IMG/VR virus record: IMGVR_UViG_3300025480_000181 | Strand: one strand, 5' to 3' | Origin: a virus | DNA length: 32,373 bases | Part shown: positions 1-8,823 of the stretch, in pieces | Layout: every line of letters starts with the position of its first letter | How positions within the stretch are numbered: the first letter of the stretch is position 1 | Translations under genes and position numbers: made by a program | The notes under the pieces: generated by a model | Seen by the model: only the letters and a program-made list of their open reading frames with translations | Databases searched by the model: none | Told to the model about the DNA's origin: nothing

Positions 1-101
1 CTTTTACCTTTCCTCCCGGCCGATATGGAATCGGTCGGCTTGTCGAGGTAAACGCCGGCGCGCCGAAATCAGCTCTCGGCCGATTAAACAGGCGTTAGTA
101 G

Positions 102-148
102 TTAAGTATCCCCTACGGCGGTAGGGGTCATCGGGGAGGAACCCCCGA
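102..148 (+). promoter_or_regulatory. Putative TATA box (TTAAGTA) followed by two tandem hairpins
   Basis: TTAAGTA at 102-108. CCCCTAC-ggcg-GTAGGGG at 110-127. TCGGGG-aggaac-CCCCGA at 131-148. All upstream of ATG 169. Confidence 0.45.
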
Positions 149-168
149 AAGAAGGAGCAAAAAGAACT

Positions 169-1026
169 ATGGCGGACTTGAGTCAGTTGGGAAACTTGGC
201 CGGAGCGGGGCTCATCCTCGTGGTGGGCGTCCTGTTCCTAGCCTTCGCGGCGGCGGCCTTTTATTTCGGCCGCGGTCGAGGAGCGAAGGCCGCGGGCTGG
301 ATGGCGATTATCGGTGTACTCATCATCGTGGTCGTCGCTATCCCGGTCGCGCTGTTGGCTACGCCGAGTTCGAGTGTCGCCCCGCCCCCGGTCGCCGGGT
401 CGGCGGTTAGCGTTCTCGAGAACTCGGGAATCGGTCTCGCGACGGGCGTGACGTGGAACGCGCAGACGAACATCCTCTCGGTCGACATCGGCTACAACTA
501 CACCGCGAAGGAGTACGTCATCGCGTCGGCGAACACGACCCCGACGGGAGGGTCTCCGACGTTCAACAAGGCGTACGTCATCCTGCCGCTGAACCTGATT
601 CGGACGGACGCGCTGAACTCGACCTACGCCTTCCCGCTACAGGTAACGAGCGTTCCGACGTTTACGACCCTGACGGCCCCCACGACCGTCTACTCGTTCG
701 TCGGGTACACGGCCGCGACGGGAACGACTACGAGCGCTTGGCAGATGAAGTGGTCGGCGGGAACGACCGCCGGGCAGTACTCTACCGTGGTCGCTCCGAC
801 CGTGACGACGAACGTTCTTCCGGGCTCGTTGGCGGTTACCGCCTTCTCGAGCGCGAAGACCGTTCTCCAGATTTCGCTCGCGGGCGGGAACTCGACGGCT
901 GCCCTGGCCCCGTGGAACGCCGGTATCACCACGTTCCAGACGTTCAACATGCCCGTAACCATCGGGCAGGGAACGCCGGCGCTCGTAACGGTTCAGTTCA
1001 TCTGGACCGGCTACGCGAACAACTAG
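169..1026 (+). CDS. Membrane-anchored Thr/Ser-rich surface or structural protein
   Basis: Two N-terminal hydrophobic helices, then a Thr/Ala/Val-rich domain with several N-x-S/T sequons. Purine-rich leader. Confidence 0.8.
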   Translation: MADLSQLGNLAGAGLILVVGVLFLAFAAAAFYFGRGRGAKAAGWMAIIGVLIIVVVAIPVALLATPSSSVAPPPVAGSAVSVLENSGIGLATGVTWNAQTNILSVDIGYNYTAKEYVIASANTTPTGGSPTFNKAYVILPLNLIRTDALNSTYAFPLQVTSVPTFTTLTAPTTVYSFVGYTAATGTTTSAWQMKWSAGTTAGQYSTVVAPTVTTNVLPGSLAVTAFSSAKTVLQISLAGGNSTAALAPWNAGITTFQTFNMPVTIGQGTPALVTVQFIWTGYANN

Positions 1027-1101
1027 GCGGGTCGGAGCGAGAACCCGGTAAGAAGGAAACTCTCGGAGGACCAAAGACCTTCGGACGGACGGAGAGCGAC
1101 C

Positions 1102-1440
1102 ATGCGGACGGGGGCGGCGACTCGAAGTAGCGTACGCCCCCGTCCGAACCCCTTCCTGCCTTCCTATTCCTCTTCTCTACGAGCGAACCCGCGAGGCGTC
1201 TCGCCCGCGCTTATCGGGCTCGTAATCCTATCCGTAGCGGTAGTCGTCGCGTTCACCTTCCTCGGCCTCGTTGTCGCCTCGATATCCTTCCCTCTCGTCT
1301 TCGAGGGCGTTCTCATCCTCGTAGTCGGCCTTACCCTCGGCTTCCTCGTCCGCGGGGCGCTAGCGCTCTACGCGGGTATCGCCTTCGTTATTATCGGGGC
1401 GGTCGTTATCGTCCTATCCGTCGTAGGAGTGATATCGTAG
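1102..1440 (+). CDS. Small 3-TM protein with prepilin-like (class III) leader
   Basis: LRANPRG|VSPALIG followed by three hydrophobic segments. Confidence 0.7.
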   Translation: MRTGAATRSSVRPRPNPFLPSYSSSLRANPRGVSPALIGLVILSVAVVVAFTFLGLVVASISFPLVFEGVLILVVGLTLGFLVRGALALYAGIAFVIIGAVVIVLSVVGVIS

Positions 1441-1692
1441 ATGCCGAAGACGAAGGCGACTATCGAAGAGGTCCGCCAAGCCGTTAAGGAGCATCCCGGA
1501 GAACCGCGCGAGTTCTACGTCGGCTACCTATCGAGCCGCCATACGTACGCGTCGATTCGGGAAGCCATCCGGCGGGCGGTAGCCGACGGGGACGTCGAGG
1601 TCAAGAAGACCGGGCCCCGCCGGAACAACCGCCGCCTCTACCCGAACCTACCGGAGGACCGCGGCGTTCGCTACCCGTGGCAGAAGGAGTAA
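1441..1692 (+). CDS. Small basic protein, possible winged-helix DNA-binding protein
   Basis: Helix-helix-helix then DVEVKK..RRLYP wing-like strands. TAG|ATG coupled to upstream gene. Confidence 0.55.
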   Translation: MPKTKATIEEVRQAVKEHPGEPREFYVGYLSSRHTYASIREAIRRAVADGDVEVKKTGPRRNNRRLYPNLPEDRGVRYPWQKE

Positions 1693-1697
1693 AGAAG

Positions 1698-2027
1698 ATG
1701 TCGAGGGACTACCAGCTCTGGCTCGCGACGGACGGGGAGATTCGGGTCGACGTCGAGATGCCTACGCCCGCCCGACGGGGACGGAAGGGCGGAACGATGT
1801 GGCTCCCGAGCGCGGAGAACTTTACTCACGAGGAGGCCGAGGAGGTCCTCACGATGATTGCGAACCGTAGCCGGTTCAATAACCGGACGATGTACCTTAA
1901 CGGCGGGGACGCTCTCGGGAGCGGGCCGTGGTCGTCCGTCCGGGAACACGAGCTTCTTACGAAGTTCGAGGCCGACGTTCGGGCGGTCGGAGAGCGGGTT
2001 AAGGAACGGACGAACAAGCGCGAGTAG
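1698..2027 (+). CDS. Hypothetical protein (cassette)
   Basis: Start reassigned to ATG 1698 after GAAGGAGTAA. Ends KRE*. Confidence 0.75.
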   Translation: MSRDYQLWLATDGEIRVDVEMPTPARRGRKGGTMWLPSAENFTHEEAEEVLTMIANRSRFNNRTMYLNGGDALGSGPWSSVREHELLTKFEADVRAVGERVKERTNKRE

Positions 2028-2046
2028 AGGAAAAGGAGAAAGGAAG

Positions 2047-2310
2047 ATGGCGGGGAAGAAGTGGGCGAAACACGTACACATGAAGCGCGGCGGTCTCCAT
2101 GGTTGGTGCGAGCACTGCCCGGCGCGGGTCCGTCACGCGGCCCTGCGGACCGGGGCCCGGGAGGACGGAGCGGCCGTAATCTGGATGCGACTGAACTACC
2201 TCGCGAACGTCGCGAACCGGGAGAACAACTTCCGGCTCCACGAAGTCGCGCGGACCGACCAGCGTTGGGTCGCGGCGAACCTCGAGCATAAGGACCTTCG
2301 GCGGGAGTAG
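2047..2310 (+). CDS. Hypothetical basic protein with CxxC (cassette)
   Basis: ATG 2047 after a purine tract. Ends RRE*. Confidence 0.75.
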   Translation: MAGKKWAKHVHMKRGGLHGWCEHCPARVRHAALRTGAREDGAAVIWMRLNYLANVANRENNFRLHEVARTDQRWVAANLEHKDLRRE

Positions 2311-2314
2311 ACCG

Positions 2315-2533
2315 ATGCCTCGTCTCTCCGAATCCCGTCGGGGCGTTAGCGCGGGCGGGGCGGTCCTCGGGACTATCGTCCTGATTATCGGCATCCTCGG
2401 ACTCCTCCTGACGACCTCGAGTTCGTTCTTCGGGATGTCCGTCGACCTCGGGGCGGTCTGGAGTAACGTAATCGCGTGGGGCTTCCTCGTCGTCGGGCTC
2501 TTCGTAGCCGTCGTCTGCTGGTGGAGGCTCTAG
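2315..2533 (+). CDS. 2-TM hairpin protein with prepilin-like leader
   Basis: SRRG|VSAGGAVLG then two hydrophobic helices. Confidence 0.75.
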   Translation: MPRLSESRRGVSAGGAVLGTIVLIIGILGLLLTTSSSFFGMSVDLGAVWSNVIAWGFLVVGLFVAVVCWWRL

Positions 2534-2535
2534 CG

Positions 2536-2904
2536 ATGCCCGGCCCGTACCGCGAGGAGAAGACCTACGTCGGGCCGTACTACCGGGACGGTACTCGAGT
2601 ACCGGGACACCCGTCCCACGCGCTCGTCGGGACGCCGGTCTTCCTCGTCCTCTTCCGTAAGAAGGACGTCCGCGTCTCGGGCGGGACGCGGGCGAACCCT
2701 CGGAATAAGCTCTACAAGTGGCACCTGAAGGGCCGCTTCCGAACCGAGAAGGCCGCGGAGAACGAGCGGCGCCGGTTAATGGCCGAGGGTTACCACGCTA
2801 TCGTCGAGGAGGTCGGAGGCCGGGCGAAGATGCCCTCGCTCCACGAACTCCTGACCGACGCGAACCGCGAGGACCGATTCCAGCGGCAGATGCGGAGGGA
2901 GTAG
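2536..2904 (+). CDS. Hypothetical basic protein (cassette)
   Basis: ATG 2536 after TAGCG. Ends RRE*. Confidence 0.75.
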   Translation: MPGPYREEKTYVGPYYRDGTRVPGHPSHALVGTPVFLVLFRKKDVRVSGGTRANPRNKLYKWHLKGRFRTEKAAENERRRLMAEGYHAIVEEVGGRAKMPSLHELLTDANREDRFQRQMRRE

Positions 2905-3390
2905 ATGCCGAAGAAGGGCTACCCGCGCTATCCCGGACGAAGGCTCCGGTCGTCGGAGTTCGAAGGGGTCGTCGTAGTCCCTCGCTGGTCCTCCGCTTCG
3001 TACGGGGACCTATGGAATCTCGGGAATCGAATCTCGGGCGGCTTCGGGTTCTGGAGGTCGAGCGAACTCTTTAACCACCCGCACCCCGAGGTCATGGTAA
3101 AGGCGTGGTTCGACGCCCTTCGGGAGAAGGGGTATTCGCCGGAGGACGCGGTCCTCTACGGCGACTGGTCGGACGGCCGGCATATCGCCGACAACCTTAC
3201 ACCGACGACTACCTACGCCGAGTTTAAGGCGATGGTAAAGCGGAACGCTCGGTCGGTCGAAGAGGTCCATAAGGAGAACGCGAGCTACCGCGAGAACCCG
3301 GAGGTTAAGCGGGAAATCGAGATTTACCTCGGCCCGTACCATACCGAGGAGTACACCGATTTCCAGCGCCGTGCGATGATGTCGGAGTAA
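2905..3390 (+). CDS. Hypothetical protein, paralogue of 19086..19523
   Basis: Junction start. Shared LG..SGGFG.W and GDW..GRH..D motifs. Confidence 0.8.
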   Translation: MPKKGYPRYPGRRLRSSEFEGVVVVPRWSSASYGDLWNLGNRISGGFGFWRSSELFNHPHPEVMVKAWFDALREKGYSPEDAVLYGDWSDGRHIADNLTPTTTYAEFKAMVKRNARSVEEVHKENASYRENPEVKREIEIYLGPYHTEEYTDFQRRAMMSE

Positions 3391-3394
3391 GAAG

Positions 3395-3604
3395 ATGGCG
3401 ACTACCTACTTAGTCCTCGTAACCGACCGTCGCGCGTACTCGGCCTATAAGGTCTACCGCGCGGGGATTCGTACGCGGAAGGAAGCTATCGCTATCGCGA
3501 AGCGGTACGCGAAGCGGCGGCACGACCAGACGAAGGTTACCCGCCTCCCCGGATACGTTACCGTCTGGGAATCCTACCGCCCCGACTTCGTTCGGAGGGA
3601 GTAG
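3395..3604 (+). CDS. Hypothetical microprotein (cassette)
   Basis: Bounded by junction motifs. Ends RRE*. Confidence 0.75.
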   Translation: MATTYLVLVTDRRAYSAYKVYRAGIRTRKEAIAIAKRYAKRRHDQTKVTRLPGYVTVWESYRPDFVRRE

Positions 3605-3847
3605 ATGGTCGAACAGGTCAAGATGACGATTATCTGCGACGGGGCGACCGATGCCGTTCAGCGTGCTATGGCCGAGGCGATGTATGGCGCGGCGGCTCAG
3701 GTCTGGCGGGCGTGGCACCATAACTCGAAGGAACCCGACCTCGGCCTCGACCTGATGGTCGCGACTGACGAAGCAGGGAACGACCTCCTTCATCCCGGGT
3801 ATAAGGTCGACCAGTCTCGCCTCGACCGGACCGTTCGGAGGGAGTAG
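3605..3847 (+). CDS. Hypothetical microprotein (cassette)
   Basis: Exact junction on both sides. Confidence 0.8.
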   Translation: MVEQVKMTIICDGATDAVQRAMAEAMYGAAAQVWRAWHHNSKEPDLGLDLMVATDEAGNDLLHPGYKVDQSRLDRTVRRE

Positions 3848-4219
3848 ATGCCGCTAAAGTACCCCGAGTCCGAGTACGGCGAGTACTACAACGCCGAAGG
3901 TAAGCGGGTTCGCTACCCCTCGCGATTGTTCAAGAACGACCGGGCATCCGACGTCAATCGAGCTACCGATGGCGCTCTCGGGCGGACGCCGACCGGAGTC
4001 CTCCGGACGATTCGGGACGAAATACGGCGTACCTATTTGTTCGTGCGCGATACGTACGGCGTGCAGGCACCGGACTATAACGGACCCGACGCGGTCCAGT
4101 ACTTCGGCCGACCCCATTCGCCGGAGTTCGTTCGGAGCCAGAAGATAGAATCCGCGGCTATCAATCGGATTACCGCGGAGCTACGAAAGCGCGAAGGTTC
4201 GGCCGCCCGGAGGGAGTAG
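3848..4219 (+). CDS. Hypothetical protein (cassette)
   Basis: Exact junction on both sides. Confidence 0.8.
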   Translation: MPLKYPESEYGEYYNAEGKRVRYPSRLFKNDRASDVNRATDGALGRTPTGVLRTIRDEIRRTYLFVRDTYGVQAPDYNGPDAVQYFGRPHSPEFVRSQKIESAAINRITAELRKREGSAARRE

Positions 4220-4393
4220 ATGCATCCGCTCGCTATCGGTCTCGGAATCCTCCTCTTCCTCGCGGGTATCGCGCTTCTCTTCCTCGGCGCGGTCGCGGCT
4301 ATCTTTACGATAGGGGGCTTCTTCGCTATCGGCGTCGGCGGCTGGCTCGTCATCGGCGGCGGGGTCCTCATCCTCGCGGGGGTCTTCCTATGA
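4220..4393 (+). CDS. 57-aa 2-TM membrane protein (absent from ORF track)
   Basis: Translated by hand: MHPLAIGLGILLFLAGIALLFLGAVAAIFTIGGFFAIGVGGWLVIGGGVLILAGVFL*. Starts at a junction ATG; ATGA overlap with the next gene. Confidence 0.8.
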   Translation: MHPLAIGLGILLFLAGIALLFLGAVAAIFTIGGFFAIGVGGWLVIGGGVLILAGVFL

Positions 4394-4605
4394 AGGAGAG
4401 TCTCGTCCTCAAGCGAATCGACGATAAGATAGACGAGGCGGTTAAGGCGGCGCAGGACCCGCGGGCCGATTCGATGACCCGCTACGGCCGGCAGATGTTC
4501 GCGAACGGCCTACGCCTCGCTCGCGATATGATTGCTACGGACGATGACCTAGCCTTCCCCGCCCTTACGCCCCGAGAGATGGCTCGACGGGCTCGGAGGG
4601 AGTAG
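4390..4605 (+). CDS. Hypothetical helical microprotein (cassette)
   Basis: ATGA overlap. Ends RRE*. Confidence 0.75.
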   Translation: MKESLVLKRIDDKIDEAVKAAQDPRADSMTRYGRQMFANGLRLARDMIATDDDLAFPALTPREMARRARRE

Positions 4606-4848
4606 ATGGTCGAACGCGAATCCCGTTACGGATTCCTCCGTCACTACGCGCAGGGTTGGGTCCTCGATAGCGTCTACGATACCGAGACGGAGGCCCGGAA
4701 GGTTGCCGAGAAGGAGACGGAGTCTCCCCCGGACGCTGAGGGCGTTCTTCTCGTTAAGCTCCTCGGCTCCGTCTCGAAGGGAAGGTACCGCTCCTACGAC
4801 CCGTTCCCGGAGGGGAACTTTACGATGACGCCGGTTCGGAGGGAGTGA
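4606..4848 (+). CDS. Hypothetical microprotein, paralogue of 19524..19742
   Basis: YDTETEARKVAE...LLVKLLG. Ends RRE*. Confidence 0.8.
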   Translation: MVERESRYGFLRHYAQGWVLDSVYDTETEARKVAEKETESPPDAEGVLLVKLLGSVSKGRYRSYDPFPEGNFTMTPVRRE

Positions 4849-4886
4849 CTTTCCGCTACTAAGGAGAATGAAGGAGGAAAAGGAAA

Positions 4887-5177
4887 ATGTGGAACGAAGA
4901 GCGTAGACTAAGGGCGAACGAACGAGCCGTCGCGGGGGTAGCCGGGCACCCGGTTATCGTCGGGTTAATCTTTGCGGTAATCGCGCTCGTACTCCTCGCG
5001 ATTCTGGACCCCGCCGCGGTCGTCGTCTCGTTCGCGGCGATTCTGGTCATCTTCGGGGCGTTCCTCTTCGGAGCAACGGCCCGAATCGGTCATCTCTGGG
5101 GAGCGCTCGCCGGTGTCCTTCTCCTACTGGTAGGGGTTGTCCTACTTGTAGTCGGATGGACTCTCGGTATCCCGTAG
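4887..5177 (+). CDS. Small 3-TM protein with prepilin-like leader
   Basis: LRANERA|VAG then three hydrophobic helices. Purine-tract leader. Confidence 0.8.
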   Translation: MWNEERRLRANERAVAGVAGHPVIVGLIFAVIALVLLAILDPAAVVVSFAAILVIFGAFLFGATARIGHLWGALAGVLLLLVGVVLLVVGWTLGIP

Positions 5178-5187
5178 GAGTAGGACG

Positions 5188-5466
5188 ATGCCGAAGTTCT
5201 TCGAGTGGCCCCGGAACCTACGAGGCGACGAACGGGGGATAGACAAGATTCTCGGGTGGATACTCGGCATCGCCGTTATCCTCCTCCTCGTCATCGTCCT
5301 CGTCGATATCCAGTACCTCGCGGCTATCGTCGCTATCCTCCTCGGGGCGGTCATCCTCTACGTCGGGAAGGGGAACGTGATTACTAGCGTCATCGGCGGT
5401 ATCGTGGCGGTCGTCGGCGTGGTTCTACTCTTCATGGTCGCGGTCGGAGGGAGTCTGCATCTCTAG
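5188..5466 (+). CDS. Small 3-TM protein with prepilin-like leader
   Basis: LRGDERG|IDK then three hydrophobic helices. Confidence 0.8.
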   Translation: MPKFFEWPRNLRGDERGIDKILGWILGIAVILLLVIVLVDIQYLAAIVAILLGAVILYVGKGNVITSVIGGIVAVVGVVLLFMVAVGGSLHL

Positions 5467-5485
5467 GCAGGGGAGGGTATAGGTC

Positions 5486-5947
5486 GTGGCGCACGCTTGG
5501 GTCTGGGCAGTAGTCTCGCTCGGGGTAATTATTGCCGTCGCCTCCTTCGCCCCGCTCCCCGGGTACTACGACGTCCAAGTGAGCGTTACGGCCGGCGAGC
5601 TAGCCCTAATCTTTACGACCGTCTTCTGGATACAGAGCGTTAACTCGCACGTTACGGGTCAGTCGACTATCCTCGACTGGGGCGGTCTACTCGGGATAGG
5701 GCCCCCGGCGCTAACGGCTACGTTCACGATGACCGTCTGCCTCGGGTCCTCTCATTGTACCTCGAAGTCGGAGAACCAATGGTTCCCGAGCATCCCGATA
5801 ATCAACGGGGGCTCCCTTACGGCGACGACGAACTTCGAACTCGGGTATATCCCCGCGGGGAACTACCCGATTTCCGTTACGCTGACCCAGAGCGGCTCGT
5901 CCGTCGCGACTGGCTCGGGGAGCATCTGCGTCGGGGGAGGATGCTGA
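5486..5947 (+). CDS. Secreted/membrane-anchored beta-rich protein
   Basis: GTG start, N-terminal hydrophobic segment, Ig-like C-terminal strands (GNYPISVTL), Cys pairs. Confidence 0.7.
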   Translation: MAHAWVWAVVSLGVIIAVASFAPLPGYYDVQVSVTAGELALIFTTVFWIQSVNSHVTGQSTILDWGGLLGIGPPALTATFTMTVCLGSSHCTSKSENQWFPSIPIINGGSLTATTNFELGYIPAGNYPISVTLTQSGSSVATGSGSICVGGGC

Positions 5948-6399
5948 TGCCGACCGTCTGGCTCGACGAGAACGGCCATACGATTCCCTACGACCCGTTC
6001 GTCGACCATCCGATGTGCCCCTGCGGAGCGATACCGACTCGCCTCGTCGAGGTCGACGAGAACGGGAAGCTCGTCGCGGGCGACCCGAACGACCGTTGGG
6101 TCCTCGGGACCGGCGAGGCGCGCCGAGGGAAGACCGTACGGGCCCGCTACGACCTCTACGGCCACCCGACCATCGGGGAGCACCAGTACGACCGCCTAAC
6201 GAAGGCCCTCGTACGGAAGGGAACGGTCGGGGTCGTTACCGGAGCGGCGTGGGCCGGGGAGCCCGGACCCGGCGAGCCTATTCGGGTCGGCGTCCGCTGG
6301 AACCCGCGGCTCGTCGGGACCTACAAGTTCACCGAGGGGAAAGGTCGCCAGCCCCTCGAGGTAATCGAGGAAGACGCCTCGGCGATTCGGAGGGAGTAG
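5947..6399 (+). CDS. Hypothetical protein (cassette)
   Basis: TGATG overlap start at 5947 (5941 possible). Ends RRE*. Confidence 0.75.
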   Translation: MPTVWLDENGHTIPYDPFVDHPMCPCGAIPTRLVEVDENGKLVAGDPNDRWVLGTGEARRGKTVRARYDLYGHPTIGEHQYDRLTKALVRKGTVGVVTGAAWAGEPGPGEPIRVGVRWNPRLVGTYKFTEGKGRQPLEVIEEDASAIRRE

Positions 6400-6798
6400 A
6401 TGGGGTGGACGTGCTTTACGCCCGAGCGGGGGGCGCGGACGGAGGAGCTACTTCGTAGCGAACTCGGCGGCGAGGGCGGCTACGAAATCCTCGGTATCGC
6501 CGTTCGGAAGGCGGAGTTCTACGACGTCGGCGTCCGTTCTTCGGTCGCCTACCTCGCCGTCCGGAGCAAGAACTACCCGACGCCGTCGGCGCTCGTCGTC
6601 CTCGTTACCCGGAAGAACGGCGCGTTCTGCTACAAGGATATGTCGGAGGATATGGGTCCGAACGAGGACCATTGCCCCGAGAGTATCCTCCGCCTCCTCG
6701 GCCCGATTACCGGCGACGAGATGGGCTACGCCCGAGCTTGGCGGGAGCGGGCGTGGGCGAACCTCGGGAAGGCCCCGCCGGAACTACGGAGGGAGTAA
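6400..6798 (+). CDS. DUF6927-like protein of mobile elements
   Basis: MGW start and FCYKDMSEDMGP..D.CP.SIL.LL.P....A.AWR.R, resembling the plasmid/phage family I recall as DUF6927. Not database-checked. Confidence 0.6.
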   Translation: MGWTCFTPERGARTEELLRSELGGEGGYEILGIAVRKAEFYDVGVRSSVAYLAVRSKNYPTPSALVVLVTRKNGAFCYKDMSEDMGPNEDHCPESILRLLGPITGDEMGYARAWRERAWANLGKAPPELRRE

Positions 6799-6800
6799 GA

Positions 6801-7052
6801 ATGGACCCACGCTGGATAGCCTCGACCGCGATTCTGCTGACCGGGCTCGGGATGCTCCTCGTCGGGCACTTCTATGGGGTATCGGAATACCTCGTCTTCG
6901 GGGTTATCGTCCTCGTCCTCGGTATCGTGCTCTCGGCGGCGTTCGCAGGGCTTACCGACTGGCGGGCGTTAATCATCCTGACCTTCGGACTCCTCATCTT
7001 CTTTACGCTCGCCGACGTCTACAACCTCTTCGGTCTATCGGGGTGGGTCTGA
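6801..7052 (+). CDS. Small 3-TM membrane protein
   Basis: ATG 6801 after GGAGGGAGTAAGA. Three hydrophobic helices. Confidence 0.8.
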   Translation: MDPRWIASTAILLTGLGMLLVGHFYGVSEYLVFGVIVLVLGIVLSAAFAGLTDWRALIILTFGLLIFFTLADVYNLFGLSGWV

Positions 7053-7082
7053 GGCTCAACGGAATAGGAAGGAGAAAGGAAC

Positions 7083-8807
7083 ATGAAGCAGATACTAGCG
7101 TTCGTGATAGGGGTAGCTCTCTTGGTCGACGTCTCTCTCTTCGTCGGCCTCGGGTTCGGTTTCGGAGCCCTCTCCGTGACCGGCTCGAACAATCTACAGA
7201 CCTGTAACTCGTCGGACCAGTACTGCTGGACGATGAGCCCGGGTTGGGCCTCCCCCGATAAGCAGCAGGGAATCCAAATCAATATCGAGTCGAGCGTCCA
7301 GCAGGGAGCGAATCCGATTACGACGATGCTCTCGGGGGACCAGAGTACCTCGGTCAGCTTCGGTATGTACGCGCAACTTTCTCCGTACGACGCCTGCCCT
7401 CGGTCGGGCGCTTGGCAGGGCGGTTACGAAGCGTGGTGGGTTATCGTCTGGCCCCAGTCCGTCTCGGGGTCTATCGACGGGACGCAGTTCACGGGCTCGA
7501 CCTGGTCGGGGCAGAACCTCGCCCAGAACGATAGTATCTCGGCGGGCCTCGCGGACCTAGTCGGTTGCCAAGCCGGTACGGGATACAACGATAACGGACC
7601 GACCGGGAACCTCTATACGCATACGGTAACGCTTACCGGGCTCTACCCCGTCATGACGATGAATCTCTACTTCGGTACGTACGGACAGTGGTGCGATAAG
7701 TACGCGGGTTCCGTTACGAACCAATGCTACGGTCTCTCGCAGGCGATTACCGAAACCTACGGGGCCGGAACGGGGAATAACGGAGGCTGGAACGCCGAAG
7801 CCTCGGCCTCGTTCGTCTGGCAGTCCGCGCAGGCTTCCTTCCAGTTCGTCGACCCGCAGAACAACTATAACGGCGGGACGCTAACCGCGATTTTCTATAC
7901 CGCCTATAACGGGGCGAACGGCTACAAGTTCTCTATCGATACCCCGTCGGAACGGCCGAACGGCGGCCAGCTCGATACGAACTTCGCGAATAACCCGATG
8001 ACGATTCCGAACTTCTGTACTACGGGATGCGAGTACAAGTGGGCTATCCCGAAGACCCTCGATACGAACCTCTCGGGGCACGACGTCCAATGGGACCTTT
8101 GGTCCGGAGTCCTCTCGGCCTCGACGGTAGCGGAGCAGATAACGCAGTTCACCGTTATCAATCCACTCTACGCTCCGACGACCCCCGTCGTTACCTATAC
8201 GAGTAGCGGAGCGGGCATCTACCCGGCGGTCGGCGATACGGTTACCCTGACCGTCTACTCGAACGCCTCGCAGGACTCGGGGATGGTCCAGAGCATCGAC
8301 GTCGAGGTCTACTACCTCTCCCCGGGGCAGGGCGTATCGTCCGCGCCTTCGTGCGGTTCGGCTCCGGCTTGGGTGACGCCCTGCCCGAACGGGCAAATCC
8401 TCGTCGTAACGCACGACGGAAAGAACGCGGTCGGGACGTACACCTTTAAGGTAAACCCGCCCATCGGAGATACGGCTATCGCGGTCGCGGCGGTATCCGC
8501 CTCGAATATCTCCCCGTCGCTCTTCGGCTACCAACTTATCAGCATTAAGGCTTCCGACTGCGCGCCGGGCGCTACCTGCGACCCGCTTCAGTCGGGGGTA
8601 ACGACTTGGGAGATTATCGGGCCGATACTCCTGATGGGGGCTTTCATCCTAGGGGCGGTCCTCCTCGTCCTACTCGTTCCGATACCGCCGTGGGTCCGCT
8701 TCGCGCTACCTATCGCGGTCGTAGCCATACTGATACTCCTCTATGCCCTCGGCTGGATAACGGGGCTCTTCGTACCCGGCGGAGCCTTTAACTCGGCGGT
8801 GGCTTAG
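7083..8807 (+). CDS. Large Cys-containing surface glycoprotein, possible virion spike/adhesin
   Basis: N-terminal signal/TM, ~470-aa Ser/Thr/Gly/aromatic ectodomain with 12 Cys, two C-terminal TMs. Confidence 0.8.
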   Translation: MKQILAFVIGVALLVDVSLFVGLGFGFGALSVTGSNNLQTCNSSDQYCWTMSPGWASPDKQQGIQINIESSVQQGANPITTMLSGDQSTSVSFGMYAQLSPYDACPRSGAWQGGYEAWWVIVWPQSVSGSIDGTQFTGSTWSGQNLAQNDSISAGLADLVGCQAGTGYNDNGPTGNLYTHTVTLTGLYPVMTMNLYFGTYGQWCDKYAGSVTNQCYGLSQAITETYGAGTGNNGGWNAEASASFVWQSAQASFQFVDPQNNYNGGTLTAIFYTAYNGANGYKFSIDTPSERPNGGQLDTNFANNPMTIPNFCTTGCEYKWAIPKTLDTNLSGHDVQWDLWSGVLSASTVAEQITQFTVINPLYAPTTPVVTYTSSGAGIYPAVGDTVTLTVYSNASQDSGMVQSIDVEVYYLSPGQGVSSAPSCGSAPAWVTPCPNGQILVVTHDGKNAVGTYTFKVNPPIGDTAIAVAAVSASNISPSLFGYQLISIKASDCAPGATCDPLQSGVTTWEIIGPILLMGAFILGAVLLVLLVPIPPWVRFALPIAVVAILILLYALGWITGLFVPGGAFNSAVA

Positions 8808-8823
8808 GGGAGGAGAAAAGAAA

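Noticed and set aside
7083-8807. Firm call as fusexin (Fsx1/HAP2) or a named viral capsid/spike
   Set aside because: No diagnostic motif recognised; only size and topology are similar.
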